Below, one piece after another: positions 48,530 through 62,612 of a stretch of DNA of 64,000 nucleotides; the stretch's first letter is position 1, and each line of letters begins with the position of its first letter. The stretch lies in the NCBI GenBank assembly GCA_030704615.1, contig CM060734.1, positions 22,940,001 to 23,004,000 on the forward strand, in the 5' to 3' direction. The DNA is from Takakia lepidozioides. Its lineage: Eukaryota > Plantae > Bryophyta. The notes below the pieces were generated by a model. The model saw only the letters and a list, made by a program, of their open reading frames with translations. It was not told where the DNA came from and did no database searches. A program made the position numbers and the translations under genes.

Positions 48530-51500
48530 TGTCGCGCACCTCACTTTGGTAAGCGCCCCTTCAAGTCATAGTTACTCGCTTTGATGTGCGCGCCTAACTC
48601 CCAAACTGGCCGCCGGACCAACTCGGAGCTTCGGCTGCTCACCGGGACATAACGGTCCCCCTTTGCTCCTCCACAAGACCCTCGCTCTCTTTGGGCCTAG
48701 TGGAAATTCCCTTTGGTTGTTGGCAGTCCGGAACAACTCCCCACACCTTGGTTGCTTTCCGGCTCCTGTGACTATCCGCGGGGGTTTCACAAACAACCCA
48801 GTCATTATATGGCGAACCACCACGAAGACCCTCGATTCCCAGTGATGAGTCGCGGTGAGTCAAGGTCCACCCACCACGGCCCCATTGGACCGTGATGAGT
48901 CCCAAGACTCCCCACGACTCCCACTACAAGGTCTCCGCCCCATGGTGAGTCCTATGTCACCTCCACTAAGACCCACTAAGCTACCACCACCCCTCGTGGA
49001 CCCACCCCCACCGCAACCCAGTGTGCGGGGCTCCACCTAGTGAGTGTCTCCGCCTCCTTGAGTGCCTTGGGCACTCAAGGGTGCTTCAGCCCCCGTACCT
49101 ATTGTTGCCACTGCCCCCACCACAGGGGCAGCCCCTCTTGTGTCCCGACCCCCTGCCCTCAAGGCAAGGGGCCGCGACACACACCCCTACCAACAGGAAG
49201 TCGTCGACTCGTCCGTTTTGTAGAAACTACCATCCAAGTTGTGGCGTCCCACATCAAGGAGTTTGTTTCCGTACCATGGCGTCCCATTGCAAAGAACCAA
49301 ACCCCCACTTGACTCTACTCTCCACTAGCTAGTTTAGCCGACTTCCTCCAAGTCCCGGCCAAGGGTGGAGCCTTTCAAGCTCCACCCAGTGCACTCTTCT
49401 TGGCCCACTTCAAGGCCAAGGAACGATCCTCCCCGAGGATCGAATCGCCTTACTGCAACAACATTGCTTGCGACCGCTCATGATGCCGCTTTTGGCATCA
49501 CCTTGAGCAAGGGTTCACCTTGAAACCCTTTTTGACTAGGAAGATAACCTTGAACCAACCGCGTGCCCCAATCACTACAATTGGGTCCGCCTTGGAATGC
49601 TGGCCTGAGGTACGAGAACACGCCGAAGCCGCACTACGACTTTGTCCCGAGGTTACACGATTAATTATAGTACGTGAACGGAAGCACGTAGCTTCCGTGT
49701 TAATCCGCACTACAAGACAACCCCCTCGGTAGCGCAGTTATAGTACGTGCACGCGCCAGGTGCGTACTAGCACGTGAACTCCCAAAGAAGGCGCAAGTTT
49801 CCTTGCCCCTTGGATGGGAGTCACCCGATTTCGGCACTGCGCAAACACACGATTAATCCAATTTACCTCTCCCACTTTTGTAAGCTAGCATGCATTCTAC
49901 ACACTAGCCAACCATACCATGCATCACCATTCCAAAGAAAATAAGAAGCACAACATTTGGAAACCATTTCATTTATAAACAAAATTTGTGCAACACAAGT
50001 TTTTGCAGTCGGATTCCTGAGCTAGCTAAGCCGGACTAAGCATGCATTTCCTCCCCCACGATCCAAAGTTGATGTCCCCATCAACGCTTCTTCCGCTTCT
50101 GAGGTCGCCTTTCGAAAGCTGCGACCACCTCGGATGCGTTTCCCATTTATGAGGCACGCACCCAAGTTGCCTCCACTTGATGATAGCCCTTCCATTTCAC
50201 GAGATACTCCGTTTCTCGATTCTTGAACCTCCTCGACTTAAGCACTGCCTCCACCTCGTACTCAGGTTCATTTTCATGATCCAACAACACAAGTGGCGGA
50301 CGCAATATTTGATGCCGATTCGGACGCGCTTCATCTTTGAAGTAAGGCTTCAAAAGGGAGACGTGGAATACCGGATGCACCTTGCTGTTTGCCGGCAGCT
50401 CCAACTCATACACATCCTCATTCATAACTTCCGGATGTTGATCTATAATATATTATTCCACATCGATGAAAAGTCTTAGAGGCAAATGAAAGCTAGCTTT
50501 TCATCCATCCATACGGAGGTACGAACTTCGGACTCACTTCCGGAGGTAGTCGAAAATTATTGATGTTCAACCAGACCTCCGTGTCTGCCTCAAACTTAAC
50601 TTCCCTCCGCTTCCGATTTGCCTGCTGTTCATACCGTTTCCTAGCTTTGGCAATGTTGTACTTTGCGAGCTCCAACAAACGCTCGCGTTCTTCCAGCACC
50701 GCTGCTGCTGCCGGTTCCTCAACGTCCTGGGCGGCCCAACTTGTCGGCACCAGAGGTGCTTTTCCATAGACCAATACGAAAGGGGAAACTCCCATTGCGG
50801 AGTATTTTGTGTTATTATAACAGAACTCTACCGCATCCAAGTGCTCCACCCAGTCTGATTGGTCTGCCGACACATAATTTCGTAAGATCTGCTTCACCAC
50901 GGAATTCACTCTTTCCGTTTGGCCGTCCGTCGTAGGTCGGAAGGCGGTGCTCATCTTGAGCCTCGTCCCCATTTTCTTCCAAAGTGCCCTCAAAAATTTA
51001 CTTGTAAACTTTGGATCGCGGTCCGAGACAATATCCCTCGGAAGTCCATGATGCTTGAAGACGTGGGCGAAGTAAAGTCGCCCCGTCTCCTGCGTCGTTG
51101 CCGTCTCCTTGGTGGGAAATGAAATGGCCCATTTTACTAAACCTATCCACCACCACCATGATTACATGGAATCCTTTTGACAGCGGCATAGCAGTCATGA
51201 AATCCATCGAGACACTTTCCCAAGACCCCTCTGGAAGCGGCAAGGGTTGTAACAGGCCCGCTTGCTTTTTGTACTCGCTCCGGTTTTGTTGGCATGTGGT
51301 GCATGTCTTGACATACTCCTCGGCCTCCTCCCTCAGTTTGGGCCAGAATATTCTTTCTTCAAGAGTGCCACGGTGCGCTTGGCTCCGCCGTGGCCCGCAA
51401 GCGGGCCATCGTGACATTCTCTCAAGAGACTACTCTGATCCCTCCCTTCGGCACGTAGAGACGTTTTTGCTTGTACCGGAGCAGTCTATTGTGCAAGTGG

Positions 51501-54500
51501 AACTGCGATTTAACCCCCAACCTCAAGTCCTGCATTACGGCCTTCGCCATCTCATCCTTTCGGTAAGCCTTCCGGATCTTCCTTTGGAGCGCCGTCTCGC
51601 CCCTGTACACGCAAACTTCGAAGTATCAGTAATAATTCAAGAGATCTGTCAGAGTGCTAATGCAACTTATGGGCTCGGGCCAATGTTTTCAAGTACACCA
51701 AGATGTCGTCGATGTACACGATCACAAAGTCATCCAACCACTCCTGGAAAAGGCTGTTCATTAGCGTGCTAAAGGTCGCGGGTGCATTGGTGAGCCCAAA
51801 AGGCATCACCAAGAACTCATATGAACCATGTCTTGTCCTGCATGCGGTCCTCTCCTCATCTCCTTCCGCCACTCGGATTTGATGGTAACCTGCACGCAAA
51901 TCGATCCGACTGAAATACTTTGCTCCTGCCAACCGATCGAAGAGGTCGTCGATCCTTGGCAAAGGGTACCGGTTTTTGATAGTCACCTTATTCAGAGCCT
52001 TGTAATCGACACACATCCGCAGCGTCCTATCCTTCTTGTCTGCGAATAGCACCGGGCCTCCATAAGGTAACTTACTCGCCCGGATGTACCCCTTTGACAT
52101 TAGATCCTTGAGCTGGGCCTTCAGCTCGACCAACTCTCTATGGCTCAACCGGTAGGGTGCCTTGGCAGGCGGCTCCGATCCTGGTATCACCTCTATCTTG
52201 TGGTCAACTCCTCTTCGCGGTGGAAAGCAGCTTGGTAAATCCTCCGGCATCACATCCTGGTATTTCTCCAGGATCCTCTTGATCCAATCTGGGCTTGGCT
52301 CCCTATCGACTTCTCCTTCCACTTGTCTTACGTAAAGCAAAAACTGGGGTTCGTGTGGTTCCTCCACGGCCCACTCCTTTGCTGTCAGCAGGTTTATTCA
52401 CCCTCCCACTCGGTTGGGCGTTTCCGACACTTCGTAAAACTTCGCCACCATCCCCACACGGTAGCGTGACTACTCTCTTGCGGCCATCTACGACGGCTCC
52501 GGATTTGCTCAAAAAGGTCATTCCCAAAATGAGATCCACTCCATCGATCTCACAAACGGTGAAGTTCTCACGTCCCTCCCAACTCCCCAGCTGAAGAGGA
52601 ATATCGAACGTCAACCTCGTCGCCAGTTGTAGTTCTTTTTTGGCAGAACGCACTTCAATAGAGGCCCCCACATCACTTGTCGGGAGCCCCAGCTTCCGTG
52701 CCGTTGCCGGTGTATGAAGGAGTGCGACGCTCCTGTGTCCAACAACAACGACACGTTAGTTCCGGAAATTATCCCACTCACGAACATTAACTGACTCCCT
52801 TTACGAAAGGGGCCAATCTCCAGATACAACTCACAAGAGTAGTTGCCTACCTTGCAAGTCTTGGCGACCACCGCTTCCACCAAGCGGCTGATGGAATCTT
52901 CGGACAGCTTCGTGGTCGCCCGAGTCATGTTCAATTGTCGGGGTTTTGCGCACTTCTTGGCCATGTGCCCGGGCTCCCCGCAATTAAAGCACAATCCATC
53001 GAAGGTCACCTTCTGTCCGCCATAAGCCGCCGCACCTGATTTTCTTTTCGGAGCACCGGGTGCCACCAAGACATGTGAAGGCCCTCCCTTTGATTTCCAT
53101 GTGCCATTGTTGCCGCGTGGCCTATCCCATTTCTTTTGCGGTCGGAAAGAGTCACCCTCCCGCTGGGTCTTCTTGTGGTTCAGCTCCGTACGGCCTTGTC
53201 TTTTGCCCCTAGGGACATCCGAGAAACATTCAGCCCTTTCAATTGCCTCGTTCAAAGTCTTAGGTGGCTTCTCTTCCAACTTCCGCCTAGCCCATGGGAC
53301 CAGTCCCGCCACAAAGTTGAAGACCATTTCTGGTTCTGCCATATCCGCGACTTCGAGCAACAACACATTGAAAGCCTAAACATATCCCCAAATGTCATCC
53401 GATTGCTTCAGATTCCTCATCTCGTCCCGGACAAGCCATGACGCGTTGAGGGGCACAAACTGTCTTTTCATAGGTTCCTTGAACCCACTCCAGCTCAAGG
53501 TTTCTGGGTTTGGACCTTGGTCATGAAGGCGTTTCTGCCACCATTGTTGAGCATAGCCCCTCAAATAAGTGGGAGCCACTTCCACCCGATCCTTGTTACT
53601 CAATTTGGCCGCCCATAAGTACTACTCTAGCTCCAAGAGCCAGGTGTTGAGTGCTTTCTGATTTCGGACGCCCTCGAAGGTGCCGGGTTCCTTAGGCTTC
53701 ACCTTAAACTTTGCCTTAGTGGAAGTGGCATTAGCCGCCCTCAACACGTCTTTCAACGTCGCGCCAAACTCCGCCAACAACCCTTCCCAAAAGGCTGCTG
53801 GCATGGGAGGCATCTGTTGGTCAGGCGGAGCTACTGGGAAGTCCTCGGGCTCCGACTCCCAAAATTCCTCCCGTTCTTGAGTGGCCTCACTTTCAGAAGC
53901 ATGAATCGCCTCTTCCGATTGCCGCTTCGGTGACACGTCGCCCCCACCGGGCTCACCATAATCATCATCTTTCGGGCCGTTCCGCTTTCGCTTTGTCTTG
54001 CCCGACCCCATGATGAGGCCGATCTCAAGGACGATTGCGTACTGAACTCTAAGCTCTGATACCAAGTGTCGCGCACCTCACTTCGGTAAGCTCCCCTTCA
54101 AGTCATAGTTACTCACTTTGATGCACGCGCCTAACTCCCAAACTGGCCGCCGGGCCAACTCGGAGCTTCGGCTGCTCACCGGGACATAACGGTCCCCCTT
54201 TGCTCCTCCACAAGACCCTCGCTCACTTTGGGCCTAGTGGAAATTCCCTTTGGTTGTTGGCAGTCCGGAACAGCTCCCCACACCTTGGTCGCTTTCCGGC
54301 TTGCACACTTACTCACTAGTTTCTGGTCACCAACGGGCTTGCACCGTTCTCGGGGTTACTATATACTTCTGTGACTGTCCGCGAGGGTTTCACAAATAAG
54401 CCAGTCATTTTATGGCGAACCACCACGAAGACCCTCGATTCCCAGTGATGAGTCACGGTGAGTCTTGGCCCACCCACCACGGCCCCATTGGACCGTGATG

Positions 54501-54662
54501 AGTCCCAAGACTCCCCACGACTCCCACTACAAGGTCTCCGCCCCATGGTGGGTCTTATGCCACCCCCACTAAGACCCACTAAGCTACCACCACCCCTCGT
54601 GGACCCACCCCCACCGCAACCCGGTGTGCGGGGCTCCACCTAGTGAGCGCCTCCGCCTCCTT
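48530..54662 (-). mobile_element. Chromovirus (Ty3/Gypsy) copy A: gag-PR-RT(deleted end)-INT-chromodomain
   Basis: 3' LTR 48530-49179 and truncated 5' LTR 54067-54662. iMet PBS TGGTATCAGAGC at 54053-54064. gag ATG at 54011. Motifs [31 protein letters not shown]. Chromodomain EYEVEAVL...YLVKWKGY...ATW at ~50130-50265. RNase H missing at ~51610-51690. Confidence 0.92.
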
Positions 54663-56616
54663 GTAACTGACTACCTTGCAAGTCTTGGCGACCACCGCTT
54701 CCACCAAGCGGCTGATGGAATCTTCGGACAGCTTCGTGGTCGCCCGAGTCATTTTCAATTGTTGGGGTTTCGCGCACTTCTTGGCCATGTGCCCTGGCTC
54801 CCCGCAATTAAAGCACACTCCATCGAAGGTCGCCTTCTATCCGCCATAAGCCGCCGCACGTGATTTTCCTTTCGGAGCACCGAGTGCCGCCTTGACGTGT
54901 GAAGGCCCTCCCTTCGATTTCCATGTGCCATTGTCGCCGCGTGGCCTATCCCACTTCTTTTCCGGTCGGAAGGAGTCACCCTCCCGCCGGGCCTTCTTGT
55001 GGTTCAGCTCCGTACGGCCTTGTCTTTCGCCCCTAGGGACATCCGAGAAACATTCAGCCCTTTCAATTGCCTCGTTCAAAGTCTTAGGTGGCTTCTCTTC
55101 CAACTTCCGCCTGGCCCATGGGGCCAGTCCCGCCACAAAGTTGAAGACCATTTCTGGTTCCGCCATATCCGCGACTTTGAGCAGTAGCACATTGAAAGCC
55201 TGAACATATCCACGAATGTCATCCGTTTGCTTCAAATTTCTCTTCTTGTCTCGGGCGAGCCAGGACGCGTTGAGGGGCACAAACTGTTTCTTCATTAGTT
55301 CCTTGAACCCACTCCAGCTCAAGGTCTCTCGCTCTAGCCCTTGGTCGTGAAGACGTTTCTACCACCATTGTTGAGCATAACCCCTCAAATAGGTGGGTGC
55401 CACTTCCACCCGATCCTCGTCAGTCAACTTGGCCGCTCGGAAGTACTGCTCTAGCTTCAAGAGCTAGGTGTTGAGTGCCTTCCGATTTTGGACGCCCTCG
55501 AAGGTGTCGGGTTCCTTAGGCTTCACCTTAAACTTTGCCTTAGTAGAAGTGGTGTTGGCAGCTTTCATTACGTCCTTCAGTGTCCCGCCAAACTGTGCAA
55601 GTAGCCCTTCCCAAAAGGCTGCCGGCATGGGAGGCATTTGTTGGTCTGACGGAACCATTGGGGAGTCCTCGGGCTCCGTCCCCTCAAATTCCTCCCGCTC
55701 TCGAGCGGCCTTGCTATCAGAAGCATAAATTGCCTCTTCCAGTTGCCGCTTCGGTGACACGTCACCCCCACCGGGCTCACCGGGATCATCATCTTTCGGG
55801 CCGTTCCGCTTTCGCTTTGTCTTGCCCGACCCCATGATGAGGTCGATCTCAAAGACGATCGCGTACTGAACTCTAAGCTCTGATACCAAGTGTCGTGCCC
55901 CTCCCTTCGGTAAACTCCCCCTCAAGTCATAGTTACTCGCTTTGATGCGCGTGCCTAACTCCCAAACTGGCCACCGGGCCAACTCGGAGCTTCGGCTGCT
56001 CACCGGGACATAACGGTCCCCCTTTGCTCCTCCACGAGACCCTGGCACACTTTGGGTCTAGTGGAAATTCCCTTTGGTTGTTGGCAGTTCGGAACAGCTC
56101 CCCACACCTTGGTCGCTTTCCGGCTCGCACGCTTACTCACTAGTTTTTGGTCACCAACGGGCTTGCACCGTTCTTGGGGCTACTACTCCCTATATACATT
56201 TCTGTTACTATCCACGGGGGTTTCACAAACACCACAGTCCTTTTATGGCGAACCACCATTGAGATCCTTGATTCCCGGTGATGAGTCGCGGTGAGTCTCG
56301 GCCCACCCACCACGGCCCCAATGGACCGTGATGAGTCCCAAGACTCCCCACGACTCCCACCACAAGGTCTCAACCCCATGGTGAGTCCTATGCCACCCCC
56401 ACTAGGACCCACTAAAGCTACCACCACCCCTTGTGGAACCACCCCCACCGCAACTCGGTGTGTGGGGCTCCACTTAGTGAGCGCCTCCACCTCCTTGAGT
56501 GCCTTGGGCACTCAAGGGTGCTTCAGCCCCTATACCTATTGTTGCCACTGCCCCCACCACAGGGGCAGCCCCTCTTGTGTCCCAACCCCCTGCCCTCAAG
56601 GCAAAGGGCCGCGATA
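54663..56616 (-). mobile_element. Chromovirus copy B: 5' LTR + PBS + gag only
   Basis: LTR 55891-56616, PBS 55877-55888. gag 55835->54671 with CFNCGEPGHMAKKC, fused to the truncated LTR of copy A. Confidence 0.9.
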
Positions 56617-59600
56617 GTGGGGCTCCACCTAGTGAGCGCCACCGCCTCCTTGAGTGCCTTGGGCACTCAAGGGTGCTTCACCCCCTTTCCGATTTGCTGC
56701 CGCTGCCCCCACCACAGGGGCAGCCCCTCTTGTGTCCCCACCCCCTGCCGCAACACACACCCCTACCAATGAGGCGTCAATGTCATCGACTTGTCCTTTT
56801 TTTGTGGAAACTAACATCCAAGTTGTGGCGTCCCACCTCAAGGAGTTTGTTTCCGTACCATGGCGTCCCATGGCAAAGAACCAAACCCCCACTTGACTAT
56901 ACTCTCCACTAGCTAGTTTGGCCGACTTCCTCCAAGTCCCGGCCAAGGGTGGAGCCTCTCAAGCTCCACCCAGTGCACTCTTCTTGGCCCACTTCAAGGC
57001 CAAGGAACGATCCTCCCCGAGGATCAAATTGCCTTACTACAACAACATTGTTTGCGACCACTCATGATGCCGCTTTTTGGCATCACCTTGAGCAAGGGTT
57101 CACCTTGAACCCTTTTTTAGTAGGAAGATAACCTTGAACTAGCCGTGCGCCCCAATCACTACAATTGGGTCCGCATTGGATTGCTGGCCTGAAGTACGGG
57201 AACATGCCGAAGCCGCACTACGACTTCGTCCCGAGGCTACACGATTATAGTACGTGAACGGAAGCACGTAGCTTCCGCGTTAGCCCGCACTACAAGGCAA
57301 CCCCCTTGGTAGCAAAGTTATAGTACGTAAACACGCCAGGTGCGCACTAGCACGTGAACTCCCAAAGAAGGCACAAGTTTCCTTACCCCTTGGATGGGAG
57401 TCACCCGATTTCAGCACTGCGCAAACACATGATTAATCCACTTTACCTCTCCCAATTTTGTAAGCTAGCATGCATTCTACACACTAGCCAACCATACCAT
57501 GCATCACCATTCCAAACGAAATAGACAGCACAATATTTGAAAATCATTTCATTTATAAACAAAAATTTTACAACATAAGTTTTTGCAATCGGATTCCTGA
57601 GCTAGCTAAGCCGGACTAACCATGCATTTCCTCCCCCACAATCCAAGGTTGATGTCCCCATCAACGCTTCTTCCGCTTTTGAGGTCGCCCTTCGAAAGCT
57701 GCAACCGCCTCGGATGCATTTCCCATTTCTGAGGCACGCACCCAAGTTGCCTCCACTTGATGATAGTCGTTCCATTTCATGAGATACTCCGTTTCTTGAT
57801 TCTTGAACCTCCTCAATCTAAGCACTGCCTCCACCTCATACTCAGGTTCATTTTCATGATCCAACAACACAGGTGGCGGACGCAACACTTGATGCCAATT
57901 CGGACGCGCTTCATCTTTGAAGTAAGGCTTCAAAAGGGAAACGTGGAATACCGGATGCACCTTGCTATTTGCCGACTGAATTCATACACATCCTCATTCA
58001 TAATCTTCCGGATGCGGAAGGGCCCCGCATACGGAGGTACAAACTTCGGACTCACTTCCGGAGGTAGTAAAAAATTCTTGATGTTCAACCAGACCTCTGT
58101 GCCTGCCTCAAACTTAACTTCCCTCCGCTTCCGATTTACCTGCCGTTCATACTGTTTCCTAGCTTTGGCAATGTTGTACTTTGCGAGTTCCAACAAACGC
58201 TCGCGTTCTTCCAGCACTGCTGCTGCTGTCGGCTCCTCACCATCCTGGGCGGCCCAACTTGTCGGCACCAAAGGTGCGTTTCCATAGACCAATACGAAAG
58301 GGGAAACTCCCGTTGCGGAGTGTTGTGTGTTATTATAACAGAACTCTACCGCATCCAAGTGCTCCACCAAGTCCGACTGGTCTGCCGACACATAATTCTG
58401 CAAGATCTGCTTCACCACGAAGTTCACTATTTCCGTTTGGCGGTCCGTTGTAGGTCGGAAGGCCGTGCTCATCTTGAGCCTCGTCCCCATCTTCTTCCAA
58501 AGTCCCTTCGGCACGTAGAGACGCTTTTGCTTGTACCGGAGCAGTCCATTGTGCAAGTGGAACTACGATTAAACCCCCAATCTCAAGTCCTGCATCACGG
58601 ACTGTGCCATCTCATCCTTCCGGTAAGCCTTCCAGATCTTCCTTTGGAGCTCCATCTCGCCCTTGTACACCAACATGAGCTGTTGCTTTCTACTTAAAGC
58701 ATCAGCCACCACATTGTCTCGTCCCAGTTTGTACTGGATATGCACGTCAAACACTGCCAAAGTGTCTTGCCACCTAAGTTGTTTTGGGCACAACTTAGGC
58801 AATGTGGCAAAATACTTCACCGTGACATTGTCCGTGAACACCTTCACCGGGTTGGAACCAACATAGTGGCGCCAAAGCTCAAGGCAATGCACCACCACCT
58901 TCATTTCATTTTCGTGCGTAGGCCACCGTCGCTCCACTTCATTCAGTTTCTTACTTTCGTAAGCCACTGGACGTCCATCCTGCATGAGCACACCCCCGAT
59001 TGCGAAGTCCGACGCATCTGTATGAATTTCAAATGGACAGTCGAACTCCGGGATTTTCAAGACTAGAGCTTCTGCCATCTGCTGCTTTAACTCGGCAAAA
59101 GCTTGGCCACAAAAGGTGTTCCATACCCATACCTTGGACTTACACAAAAGGTCTGACAGCGGCCCCGCGATCTTGGCAAAATTTCTCACATACTTTCGGT
59201 AATAGGAGGCGAGTCCTAGGAAAGATCGCACTCCCGGGACCGAAGTCGGAGGTTCCCAGTCCAAGATCGCCCTCAACTTTCTGTCATCCATTTTGATTCC
59301 ATCCTGTGTAATCACATGCCCTAGGAACTCCACTTTTGTGACCCCGAATTCGCACTTTGAACCTTTGGCATACAGCTTTCCTTCCCGCAATTTCTGGAAC
59401 ACCCTTTTGAGGTGCTCTTCCTTTGATTTCGAGTACACCAAGATGTCGTCGATGTACACGATCACAAAGTCATCCAACCACTCCTGAAAGAGACAGTTCA
59501 TCAGGGTGCTAAAGGTTGCTGGCGTGTTGGTGAGCCCAAAAGGCATCACCAAAAATTTGTATGAACCATATCTTGTCCTACATGCCGTCTTTTCCTCATC

Positions 59601-62527
59601 TCCTTCCGCTATCCGGATCTGGTGGTAACCCGAATGTAAATCGATCCGGCTGAAATACTTTGCTTCTGCCAACCGATTGAAGAGGTCGTCGATCCTTGGC
59701 AAAGGGTACCGGTTTTTGATAGTCACCTTATTCAGAGCCCAATAATCGACACACATCCGCAGCGTCCCATCCTTCTTATCTGTGAATAGTACCGGGGCTC
59801 CATAAGGTGACTTACTCGGCCGGATGTACCCCTTTGCCATTAGATCCTTGAGCTGGGCCTTCGGCTCGACCAACTCTCTGTGGCTCAACCGGTAGGGTGC
59901 CTTGGCAGGCGGCTCTGATCCCGGTATCACCTCTATCTTGTGGTCAACTCCTCTTCGTGGTGGCAAGCCGTTTGGTAAATTCTCTGGCATCACATCCTGG
60001 TATTTCTCCAGGATCCCCTTGATCCAATCTGGGCTCGGCTCCCTATCGACTTCTCATTCCACTTGTCTCACGTAAAGCAAAAACTGAGGCCTGTGTGGCT
60101 CCTCCACGGCCCACTCCTTTGCTGTCAGCAGGTTTATTCGCCTTCCCACTTAGTTGGGTGTTTTCAACACCCGTAAAACTTTGCCACCATTCCCACTCGG
60201 TAGCGTGACTATTCTCTTGCGGCCGTCTATGACCGCTCCGGATTTGCTCAAAAAGGTCATCCCCAAAATGAGATCCATTCCATCGATCTCGCAAATGGTG
60301 AAGTTCTCACGTCCCTCCCAACTCCCCAGCTGAAGAGGAACATCGAACGCCACCCTCGTCGCCCGTTGCGGTTCTTCCTTGGCAGAACGCACTTCAATAG
60401 AAGCCCCCACATCACTTGTCGGGAGGCCCAGCTTCCGTGCCATTGTCGGTGTCATGAAGGAGTGCAACGCTCTTGTGTCCACCAACAACGACGCGTTAGT
60501 TCCGGAAATTATCCCGCACACAAACATTAGTTGACTCCCTTTACGCAAAGCTCCCGTCTCCTGATACAACTCACAAGAGTAGTTTCCTACCTTGCAAGTC
60601 TTGGCGACCACTGCCTCCACCAAGCGGCTGATGGATTCTTCGCACAGCTCCGTGGTCGCTCGAGTCCTATTCAACTGTCGGGGTTTCAGGCACTTCTTGG
60701 CCATGCGCCCGGGCTCCCCGCAATTAAAGCACACCCCATCAAAGGTCGACTTCTGTCCGCCATGAGCCGATGCACATGATTTTCCTTTCGGAACACCGGG
60801 TGCCGCCTTGATGTGCGAAGGACCTCCCTTTGATTTCCATGCGCCATTGTTGCCGCGTGGCCTATCCCACTTATTTTCCGGTCGGAAGGAGTCACCCTCT
60901 CACCGGACCTTCTTGTGGTTCAGCTCCGTACGGCCCTGTCTTTCGTCCCTAGGGACATCCGAGAAGCATTCAGCCCTTTCAATTGCCTCGTTCAAAGTCT
61001 TAGGTGGCTTCTCCTCCAACTTCCGCCTGGCCCACGGGGCCAGTCCCGCCACAAAGTTGAAGACCATTTCTGGTTCCGCCATATCCGTGATTTCGAGCAA
61101 CAACACATTAAAAGTCTGAACATATCCCCGAATGTCATCCGTTTGCTTCAAATTCCTCATCTTGTCACGGGTGAGCCAAGACGCGTTGAGGGGCACAAAT
61201 TGTCTTTTCATTCCGTGAACCCACTCCAGCTCAAGGTTTCTGGGTTTGGCCCTTGGTCATGAAGGCGCTTCTGCCACCATTGTTGAGCATAGCCCCTCAA
61301 ATAGGTGGGAGCCACTTCCACCCGATCCTCGTCACTCAACTTGGCCACCCGGAAGTAATGCTCCAGCTCCAAGAGCCAGGTGTTGAGTGCCTTCCGATTT
61401 CGGACGCCCTCGAAGGTGCCGGGTTCCATGGGCTTCACCTTAAACTTCGCCTTAGTGGAAGTGGCATCAGCCGCCCTCATCATGTCTTTCAACGTCCCGT
61501 CAAACTGCGCCAACAACCCTCCCAAAAGGCTGCTGGCATGGGAGGCATCTGTTGGTCTGGCGGAGCCTCTGGGAAGTCCTCGGGCTCCGACTCTCCAGAT
61601 TCCTCCCGTTCTTGAGCGGCCTCATTTTCTGAAGCATAGATCGTCTCTTCCATTTGCCGCTTTGGTGACACGTCGCCCCCACCGGGCTCACCAGGATCAT
61701 CGTCTTTCGGGCCATTCCGCTTTTGCTTTGTCTTGCCCGACCCCATGGTGAGGCCGATCTCAAGGACAATCGCGTACTGAACTCTAAGCTCTGATACCAA
61801 GTGTCGCGCACCTCACTTCGGTAAGCTCCCCTTCAAGTCATAGTTACTCGCTTTGATGCGCGCGCCTAACTCCCAAACTGGCCGTCGGGCCAACTCGGAG
61901 CCTTGGCTGCTCACCGGGGCATAACGGTCCCCCTCGTACTCCCACTCGACCCTCAACCTGTTGGGCTCAGTGGAAATTCCCTTTGGTAGATGGCAGTTTG
62001 GAACAGCTCCCCACACCTTGGTCGCTTTCCGGCTCGCACGCTTACTCACTAGTTTTTGGTCACCAACGGGCTTGCACCGTTCTCGGGGTTACTACTCCCT
62101 ATATATACTTCTGTATGTGTCTGCGGGGGTTCCACAAGTAGCCAAGTCCAAATCTGGTGCACCACCACTTAGACCCTCGATCGTCCCTATGGTGAGCCGT
62201 GGTGAGTCTTGGCCCACCCACCATGGCCCCAATGGACCATGGTGAGTCCCAAGACTCCCCACGACTCTCACCACAAGGCCTCAGCCTCATGGTGAGTCCT
62301 ATGCCACCCCCGCTACGACTCCCTACGCTACCACCACCCCTCGTGGAGTCCCCACCACCGCCACCCAAATTGCGGGGCTCCACCTAGTAAGCGCCATCGC
62401 CTCCTTGAGTGCCTTGGGCACTCAAGGGTGCTTCAGCCCCCTTTCCGATTTGTTGCCGCTGCCCCCACCACAGGGACAACCCCTCTTGTGTCCCGACCCC
62501 CCGCCCTCAAGGCAAAGGGCCACGACA
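56617..62527 (-). mobile_element. Chromovirus copy C: gag-PR-RT-RNaseH-(integrase N-terminus/core deleted)-chromodomain
   Basis: 5' LTR 61802-62527, PBS ~61788-61799. RT/RH ORF 58569..59993 (YIDD, TDASD, ENE, TDN). Deletion at ~58500 (LYVPKG|LWKKMG). Chromodomain 57661-57845. Partial 3' LTR 56617-56755. Confidence 0.92.
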
Positions 62528-62612
62528 AAGTAATAACCATCGAGCAACCCTGCCATTAGCTACACTACAGCAAATGGGGGGGTTTGCGACAGCAGCCACG
62601 CCCCCACGCCCC

